Part shown: piece after piece, positions 55,086 to 64,000 of the stretch
How the letters are laid out: each line of letters begins with the position of its first letter
Numbering within the stretch: position 1 is the stretch's first letter
NCBI GenBank assembly: GCA_051294375.1
Contig: CM119269.1
Coordinates: forward strand, 18,054,410 to 18,118,409
Reading direction: 5' to 3'
DNA from: Paraspadella gotoi
Taxonomy: Eukaryota; Animalia; Chaetognatha
DNA: 64,000 nucleotides
Notes under the pieces: model-generated
Told to the model about the DNA's origin: nothing
Seen by the model: the letters and a program-made list of their open reading frames with translations, nothing else
Databases searched by the model: none
Made by a program: the position numbers and the translations under genes

Positions 55086-56332
55086 GTAAGATTCGATTCC
55101 AAGAACATACTTACGTATTCCACAATCGTTTTCATCAGATAAGTTAATGTTATTTTTTTTTTATTATCGACCGCCGCGGGGAATAATTGTATGGAGACCA
55201 CTTATGTTTAGAATTTTTTAGCAATTAATTTTTAGATAGGTGTGCTGCTCAATCAGCTTGTAAATCTTCGACGATGTTTAACTTTAAGTATTTATTCACT
55301 TAACCGTTTACGTTATAAAGCATTTGTAAGATTTCCTCAATTTTCCAGATCAATCATTTTTTAAAGAAAGGCTAAATCTTCCAAGTTTTAATTTTCCTGT
55401 GGTTTTGGCGAAAAATAGGTGATTTGCTGACTGTTCATCCGGATAGTGATTTTTCGTTTAGTTTCGCACGTTTAATTCCCCGAGAAAATATAGAATGGCG
55501 GCCAACCAACCGCTTTACTCCGATCTCATTTTGCCAGAAAAAAATGTTAACGATTAATAAAACATAAATGACAAAATAGAAAAAAAACCTGCCCGCATGC
55601 AAAGGAAAAACCGAAATAAGCCCAGGATTTACGGCCACTGGACCCAGACGAAGACGACCTCTGTATTTTAGGTCGACATTTTTGTTTTGATTCAACATTC
55701 TGGTCTTTTGCTGGCTCCTTCTTCTACAGCAGATTGAAAATCATTCGTCTTCTTCTCCTCCTCCTCCGAATTTCTTTCATAATACTTTTTTATTTTTCTC
55801 CTGTCTCTTCTGATCTTTCTCTTTCCTGTCTCCTTCTCAATGGGCGAGCCTTGCCGATGCCTTGCCTTTTTGTTTCTGGTTGGTTGCTGTCTCTCGCCTC
55901 GTCTGCTCGCGCTTTGGCTTTCATCGGCGAACTTGTTGCAAAGCCGTAACCAACTTGCTCCTTTGTTTCATTATTTTTGAAAATGTTATTGCGAAATTCG
56001 AAAAAGTTTAAAAGTTTAAAAGTTTTAAATTTAATAACAAAAGACCATTTATAACTTTCATCTGATGATTAAATCGTTGTAAAAAAGCCAACAAAAAAAT
56101 TTTAAATCACCCGAGACACGAAAGTTGTATTTGCTTAATCAACCAAAGAAAATTCACGTAAAGCGTCTTACGATGAATTTCACTGAAATTTAAATTTCTC
56201 CTTTGCTGATGGCAATAAAAATCCGTTTTTGGCGATCATTTTCCCCCCCTTTTTAACTCCTGCACTATAACCGTAATAACAGTAACAACCCTAATTGTTA
56301 AGCTAATTATCCTTGATCATTCAGTGTGGTAT

Positions 56333-57127
56333 TTAGTTCGCTCCCTCCGCATTAGTATCGGCATCGAATTCGGCTCCCGTTTCTAAACTGGATTCGTATT
56401 TGTTTTCTTCCTTTTCTGTCGGTCTTTCCCGTATCACCGACGAGAGGGCTGCGGGGAAATAGACGGGGTGGTGGGGTGGAGAGTTAAGGACCCTGTGCCA
56501 TTGTGGGTCGGTGATAGAAAGAGTGTTAAATATATTATATTTTATACATTATTTTTTTTTTGAAATAATGAAACGACTATCTGGGGACTTAAAACGATTG
56601 TTTTCCAAACAAAATGACGAACAAACGAATAAAAACTGGGTCGTACCGGCTCGAATTCCGTTGATCCTTTTTCTGAACCGCTCGGTGAAAGATGCCAGTT
56701 CCTCTTTAGACATTCGTTTATCTGGAGAAAAGAAAATCGCATACTTAGGATTAGCATACGAAAAAAAAAGGTTCCTCATAATGTTTTAGTTTTATTCAAT
56801 CCGGACTACATCCCCCCTTATCTTACCCTTGATTTTCTCACTCCTCGCGGTTTCGTTATCGTCGTTATCTTTAACTGCGTCTTTCTGGTCTTTCTTTTCC
56901 ATCGGTTCCACCCCGGGCGCAATCATCTTCCCACCTCCCTGAGCCTTCTCATTGGGACGGCGCGATGACACTTGCCAGATCACGTCTTGATCATCGTCAT
57001 CATCGTCGGCGGCGGCGGCGGCGGCGGCGGCGATGGCGGCGTTGTTCGTCCGGTTGACTTTGCGCTCGACGAGGCGCTCTTTGCGACGAAGCTCCTTCCA
57101 AGCCCAAACGGTGTTGTTTTGATTAAG

Positions 57128-57182
<55 letters not shown>

Positions 57183-58480
57183 TTCCCGTGAGTAAGCTTA
57201 ATCTCACGACCCAAGAAGTTTTAACTCTATAGTTGATGCCATTTTCACAAACGCTACTTGTCGTTCGTGCCTTCAGTCGACGGCTCCCGTGTCTGGCCTT
57301 TTCCCAGAGTTTCGTAGAAATTGTAAAAAGTTTGCTCCGGAGCTGATCCGAAATGTCATATTTATTTAAATGGCAAAATATAAAATGAAGTAAGAGCGAG
57401 CGGGAGAAAAAAAAAAACCCGCTTAAGTCGGTTTCTGAATCCAACGATACCAGGTCCGCTGTAGTACTCCAAATCTTTTTCGTACATGCAGTTTTGACGG
57501 ATAGGCTCTTTGTTTTCTTTCGGGGGTTTTTCGAATTTTGTTTCTAACAGTATTAATTTGAAAATTTGGTTTAAACTTATGTTCATAATGTGAATTAAAA
57601 TTTTAAGAAATAAAAGTTATATGATTGATTGATTATTTACCACCAATGTCCTCTTCATCCAGTAATGGTACTGCCTCAATAAAAAGTGTCGGACCTGAAT
57701 CTGGAAGCGATGTGACCGTACGAAAGTTAGGGTGTCCGTGTCAAAAAGAATATGTACTCACACCTTCTCGATTGCTGGCGTTGGCGTTGGCGTCACGCAA
57801 TATCTGTTCGTCGATTGTCTGCAATAAAAGACTCTTGTCTTCCTTCGAAGCTTTGGCTTTGGCAATGAGATTTTCCACAACGCGAGACTCGGAGGCGAAT
57901 TCCGACTTTAGTCTTCGCACTTCGGCCAACGTTGGCAGGTCGACTGGTTCCGCCGAGGCGGCTATCACAGGCTGATCATTCTCCGGCTGCGGTTCCGTTG
58001 CTGGCTCCCCCGCGTCTGTTATCACGACGTTTTGAATAGGAGCGTTCGTGTCTGGAATGGAAACTTCTGCATCTTGAATCGAAGCGGTTGAGTCTTCGAC
58101 CGGAGTGTTGACATCCTGAATCGCCTCGATAGCATCTTGTAACGAGACGGTGGAATCTTTAATCACGGCGAGAGTTTCTTGAGTCGACGCTGTGTCTTCT
58201 TCGATTGGATCGTCGAGTATCCGCTCGTTTCGAAACTGTGCATCTTCACTCGGCTGTTCAGGAATCGACAAATCTTCACCCGTCTGTTCCGGAATTGGGG
58301 CCTCTTGAATCGGGACGTCATTAATCGGCCCGTTTGGGACCGAGCCGTCGTCATCTGCAGTCGACGACTCCGCGCTGAAAACCGTTTACCAATCTTTCGA
58401 TATCTTAGAAATAAATGTCATTTGCTTTTATGATTTTAAAATCTGCCTTACTTCGATTCTTTCTGATCCAAAGAGTTCAT
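56333..58480 (-). CDS. Uncharacterized acidic, low-complexity protein; up to 8 exons, ~456 aa
   Basis: Model exons 58480-58452, 58374-57764, 57700-57641, 57543-57451, 57342-57258, 57128-56827, 56721-56647, 56448-56333. All are GT-AG and phase-consistent, 1371 nt from ATG to TAA. Some donors are weak and no domain was recognised. Confidence 0.55.
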
Positions 58481-58967
58481 TTGTTATTTATCAATTTAAG
58501 CTCTAATAAAGGTTATTAAAAAACGCTAAGCCTTCTCAATATCTGCCGTAAGAAGGACGACTTTTTTCTATTATTCGTCACAAATCAAATTCATGTCCGT
58601 ATTTTGATTCAACTTTTACCGTTGTTTTTAATTTAATTTGAACAATAAAAAAAAATTCATCTAAAAAAACCTATTATTCGTCGGAATGAAAACGATATAA
58701 TCTATAATTTCTATAATTACGATATTAAATGTATCATACAAAGAAATGAAAAGAAACCATTCACATTTTACTAATGTCATTTTATACGAAAGTTGAGATC
58801 ATCATTCATCAAGCTTCCTCAAATATCCACATTTTATCGGGATCTTCATTGGCGAGCCTCGCGCGTTTTTGAAGTGATTGAGGGAGGGAAGAGGGGGAGC
58901 AGACGATAGTGAACGGCCCAACGGGTGAAAGCGATCGAGGACAAGCTCTTTGTTTTGAGAGAAAGGA

Positions 58968-59030
<63 letters not shown>

Positions 59031-59101
59031 CTTTAAGTGAGCGCGTGACGGCTGACAGGGAAGGTTATAATTTTTTACGTCGACGGCTATCTTTCTTTTC
59101 A

Positions 59102-59164
<63 letters not shown>

Positions 59165-59528
59165 AGTATTTATTTACGGTCCAGTGAATCATCGCTGGGA
59201 GTTCTCATGATTGTTTACATTCTGGTAAACTTATTTACTCTTTTATCGAAAAATACTCGAATCGCCAGACAAGATAATTAAAAGGTAAAAAAATTCCCCG
59301 TTTTTTTTTTCAAGATTTACTCGGCAATACTGGTTTTTTTTTTCCTGCTCTTTTTTGTCTTCTCAAATAGGTCGTCGTTTTGGTCTCTGATTTGGGCAGA
59401 CCTGTCTGTAAAGAAACGAGCGACAGTTGGGATTTTTTCGTCATCGATTCATGCAGAGAAAAAAAAAGCAAAAGGGATGAAGAAACTCGTGACGAAGACG
59501 TAATTGACATTGAGATTGAGAGAGAGAG

Positions 59529-59599
<71 letters not shown>

Positions 59600-60025
59600 A
59601 GAGAGAGAGAGAGAGAGAGAGAGATTATAATACAATAACTTAAAGAGCTAGAGCGTGTGCCACGATAAATTCTCGAGAGTTTACACAAATAACCCGCCTC
59701 GGAACCCTCCAGAGATAATAGCGACACACGCTCGAAAAGCAACGGCTCAACAAAAAGCTACAATCTCCGCTTACAACGACTGTTAAGACGAATTTTCTCC
59801 CGGCCAGGGTCCCGCCGCATTCCTGCCGATCACGAGACTAGATTTTGATTGGAGAGAGAGAGAGAGAGAGAGAGAGAGGAAGCTGGAATTTTCGCAGAAA
59901 ACCTTTTTTTCTTTTATTTACCAAAATCTTACGATTCACTTGTAAAAAATATTTTCTACGCGCCGTAAAAAAAACCAACTCTCTGACCTCGACCGGAAAA
60001 CATAACTTCTCCTGCGGCTGCTTTG

Positions 60026-60154
60026 TTTTTTCTTTGGTTTTGTTTTTTCTTTTAAGTTTCGCTTCTAAGTGTATGAGTCATCCTACNNNNNNNNNNTTTT
60101 TTCTTTGGTTTTTTTTCTTTTAAGTTTCGCTTCTAAGCGTATGAGTCATCCTAC
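60026..60154 (+). repeat. ~60-bp duplication flanking a 10-N gap (unmerged contig overlap)
   Basis: ...taagtttcgcttctaagYgtatgagtcatcctac occurs on both sides of the gap with one SNP and a small indel, consistent with two haplotypes. Confidence 0.85.
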
Positions 60155-60935
60155 CAGAATTCATTCTTCCTCATTCTCCGGTTACTACTACCGATTAATT
60201 TTTTTTGTAGGCTGACCCCACCCGGAAGCCCCGTAGAGATTAGCGCATGGTTCGAAGAAATTGATAGCGATTGACAGGGTTTGAAACGATGCATCGACGG
60301 CAAATAAATGAGATAATACTTGTGATAACGTTGGGGATCGCGCGAAATGCATCAGCATTTTTTTTAAATCGTTCACACATTGGAACATACAAAGTTTCTT
60401 TATCTGATACCGGCGAAGCAGAGAGATAAAACCTTTAACCTGGGAGTCATTCGTGAGAGAGAAAATAAGAGGCTTTGCCGTTTTCTTAAAATATGAAAGA
60501 CATAAAAAAAAGTGGAAAATCCTATTTAATCATTTTGGCGGCGACGGTTCTCCGAGACCTAAAAAAACCAGTATTTGCTGAATTAGTCTTTCCCTTTTAC
60601 GATATCCTACTATCTTTTTTTTATATCTGATATATTTTCATAATTGCGGTTTTTTATTTTTTAATACATTTCTTTTTTTTTTGGACCAGAACCACGATGC
60701 AAACGTTGAAACCGAAGCAACTTCATCTAAAATGGATTAAAAAGAAAAAAATCGCTACTGATTCTGAATTAAACACGTGATCTTAAAAGAAGAAAGGTAA
60801 AATTGAAAAGGAAAAAAAAAATCTAGGCTGAATCACGAAAACAGTCTATTTAATTGAATTTAATTGAATGAAACGAGTTTTTTTTAACGCCTCTCTCTCT
60901 CTTCTTCTCTTCTCTCTCTCTCTCTCTCTCTCTCT

Positions 60936-60970
<35 letters not shown>

Positions 60971-61282
60971 CGCGGACGATAAGCACGCGAAGAAGACCCG
61001 TCCACCTGACTCTTTTTTTTTCCCATTCCACACAGAAACCAAGTTCTTCTCCACTCCTCCTTCCCAAAATACTTGAAATCCACTCATTCCTTTAAAAAGA
61101 GACTTTCCTGCTCGGATTTCGCTTTCTCGTCCTCGGCTAAAATTAACAACTTTTTTTTTTTTCATCTTTCACGCTCTCTCGTTTTATTAATTTTCGCCGT
61201 TCTTTCCCGACCTCACAACAAACAAAAACAAAAACAAAACTATTACTCCTCTTCCTCCCCTCATATCACTTCTCTCCCTATA

Positions 61283-62756
61283 ATGACGACACTCGCCCCC
61301 CGTCTCCACGCCCCTCTCACCTCCCTCCACCCGCCCGTCGACTCCACCCCGGCGTTTTCATCTTCTTCGTCGTCCGCGGCGACGTCGTCGTCGTCGTCTC
61401 TGACGTCCTATCTTACGTCGACGCCGAAAAAGACGGACCCTCGTCGCCGGACGCACGGCTCCGTTGACTTCGACGACGCCGACCGACGCCGAGGGAACGA
61501 GAGCGACGGCGGCGTCGTCGAAGACCCCCCAGATCGAGTCGGTGACGCGGTGGAAAACGGCGCCGATTTCGAAGTGCGAAACGCCATCGATGCGGGCGGC
61601 CGTGACGCCGGGGAAGCCGATAGACTAAACAACAACGAGGACGACGCCGTCGGACCAAAGTTCGGCGTCGTCGTCGCCCACAACTCCGTCTCTCGCTTCG
61701 TCGACGACGACTACGACGAAGCGACGACGGTCGATGACTTTGGATCAAACGAAGACGACGCCGACGTTTTCTTCGAAGGCCCCGACTCCTCCGTCTCGAC
61801 GTCGGATCCTCTTCCACTCTGGCGCCCTTCAAACTGGAACGGACACGCTCTCGGCGTCAGTCTCGGGGACTGGGACGAACTTCGAGTTCCCATTGTCGGA
61901 TTCGAAACGATGGAACAGCGCGCCAGGTTCGTCGTTGGATGATGATTGGTAAGCTTTGATAATTGATTTAAATTAAACGAAAGATCCACTTACTTGGTTA
62001 CCTTTTAAGGAATGCCGATAAATTATTATATTTATAATAATAATTATATTTGTCTGTCAAATTTTGATTCACCATGGCACATCTACTACGAGATTCTCTC
62101 ACTTTCAAATTTTTTTTTCTCACAGATTTACAGTCTACAAACTCCATGTCCGCAAAGGGTCCGGCGACTCGTGGTTCGTCTTCCGTCGCTTTACCGACTT
62201 TCGTCGGCTCAACGAAAAACTCGAACGCGACTTTCCTTCCGTTAAACTCACGCTACCGGCCAAGCGATGGTTCAACAAGTTCGATCATCGGTTCCTGCTG
62301 CAGCGGCAGAGCGGGCTGCAGGTGAGTCGCTATTTGTAAACAAGATTGCTCGTCGGTTCCCGCTACTGGAGCAGAGCGTGCTACAGAGACGGCGGGGGCT
62401 TGTTCGGATATTTTGTTCGGCAAAAAGTTCGCTGCAGTTGCAGAATTTGCTGCAGATTATGAGTTGCGTATCTGAGCTGCACCTATAAATAAGTTTTCTT
62501 TCCAGGCCTTCGTCGACAACCTCATCGCCCACAAGGAGCTCGCCGCCTCGACGGCCGTGCGCGACTTCCTCTGCCTCGACGATCCTCCAGGTCCCCACGA
62601 GAGTCTCGAGGAGAGCCGCGCCCTCTGCGAGGCCATGGAGGAGGAGGTGTTTGAGCTCAGGGAGCAGCTCAAGGCCAAGGACAAGCAGATCAGGATGTTG
62701 AAGGAGGAGTTGGCGATGAGGGCCAATCAGAAACAAAGCTTCGCCGAGAGCTTTAG
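61283..62756 (+). CDS. SNX16: Sorting nexin-16 (PX domain + coiled coil), first three coding exons; 3' end not resolved
   Basis: Exons 61283-61926, 62126-62321, 62506-62756 splice to VPIVGFETMEQRARFTVYKLHV...WFVFRRFTDFRRLNEKL...LPAKRWF...QRQSGLQAFVDNLIAHKELA...VRDFLCLDDPPGPHESLEESRALCEAMEEE. The PX plus FLCLDDPPGPxxSLEESRA signature is characteristic of SNX16. Confidence 0.92.
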
Positions 62757-64000
62757 GTTCGTTAATTGGCTCCCTTTTTTGGCTGGATACTACAGGGTTG
62801 GGACCCTATATCGAGACAAAACTTAACGTCCTGCTCTGTCTGAACGATATGAAACAAATCTGAAACAATAACAAATTTAAACAATTCCAGGGCGTTGTGG
62901 ATGTTTTCAAATCATTTAGTCATTTTTATGCGCGCACCTTACATTGCATAGTATAAAAGCCATACTTGTTAATATTTTTCAGTGGTAGTTTCTGAATATG
63001 ATAGTGGTATCTTCAATTGACCTGATTTTAAGCTTTTCATCACTAATCAAACTTATTTAATTTTTTTTCAGTAAGTAAAACATTGTATTTTGACTTTCTT
63101 TTTTGCTATTTAAAATAGTTTAGAGATGAAACGAAAAAAAAACGTTGGAATAGCAATTTTATTTTGATTATTGTTTCGACTCTTAGTGGTAAGAGTAGAA
63201 ACATGTACAATAATAAAAATAAAATTGCTATTCCAACGTTTTTTTCGTTTCATCTCTAAAGTAAGTAAGACAAAATAGGCCTTAATCGTCGAATACTTTG
63301 TATTTCCTACCGTTTTGACCCTTTTATTATGCATTCAGAAATCTTACATGATTAACTTAATTATCTGATAATATCATTAATAATTTTTTTGATAAAAGTA
63401 AGTTTTAGTAATAATGAAACCAAAACAGTAACTTACCGAACCTTACCTGCTTACTTCAAATTATTTTAAACCAAAATGCAATGTACACCTTGCCAGAAGC
63501 ATTATTATACTATAAATGAGTATTTCCAAAAAATATTTTTAACTGTTATGTCTTGGAATGAGATTAAATAATAAGTTTTCCAACATTTTTCTTCCAAACC
63601 GCGTGGAGAAAATCGAGCAGTTGCCTTTGCTACATCAAAAAAGCAGTATATTAAAGAATTTCAAAAAGATTAAAATATCGTCTAAAAGCTAAGAGAGAGT
63701 ATTATACAAATATTAATTCAGATTTTAAAAATAATTAAGAATTTTAGAGTAACGATTTTTTAAATTTTGTTTCGATATATGGTCCCACCCCTGTAGATTG
63801 GCGTGGCTAATGAGGAGTTAGGAAACTTTAAATGGTGTTGATTACAACCGAGGCTTTGTAGGGGGTAATGATTTTGTGTCTTTAAAAGTATTTTTTTTTG
63901 TTTTTTTTTTAATAAATATTTTAATAGAGAGATTGGCAGATTGCGATGACATTATTGATAGCAAACTTTGTTTGATTCATTTATGTTTTGTTTAGTAACT

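Overview
Eukaryotic (metazoan, probably invertebrate) draft scaffold with spliced genes. There is no prokaryotic operon, CRISPR array or rRNA signal. The left ~44 kb is gene-poor: (GA)n/(GAC)n/(GAT)n/(GAAA)n microsatellites, minisatellites, short interspersed repeats, a tRNA-derived SINE-like element, many N gaps, and several kb-scale direct and inverted duplications. The indel-rich divergence of these duplications and the adjacent exact 25-N gaps point mostly to long-read gap-filling or chimera artefacts. The right ~20 kb is clean and gene-dense. It holds a complete 9-coding-exon myocardin-related transcription factor gene (MRTF; minus strand, 45176-52305, ~1670 aa; 3 RPEL, B1, Q, SAP, coiled coil, C-terminal activation motifs), two phase-consistent spliced orphan gene models (plus 54251-55085+, minus 56333-58480), and the first three coding exons of a sorting nexin-16 gene (plus, from 61283). 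I could not support a clearly new biological system. The best leads are the expanded, polyproline-rich MRTF, the two orphan genes, the SINE-like element and a 1.2-kb foldback of uncertain reality. Exon boundaries were derived by hand from GT/AG sites and reading-frame phase.
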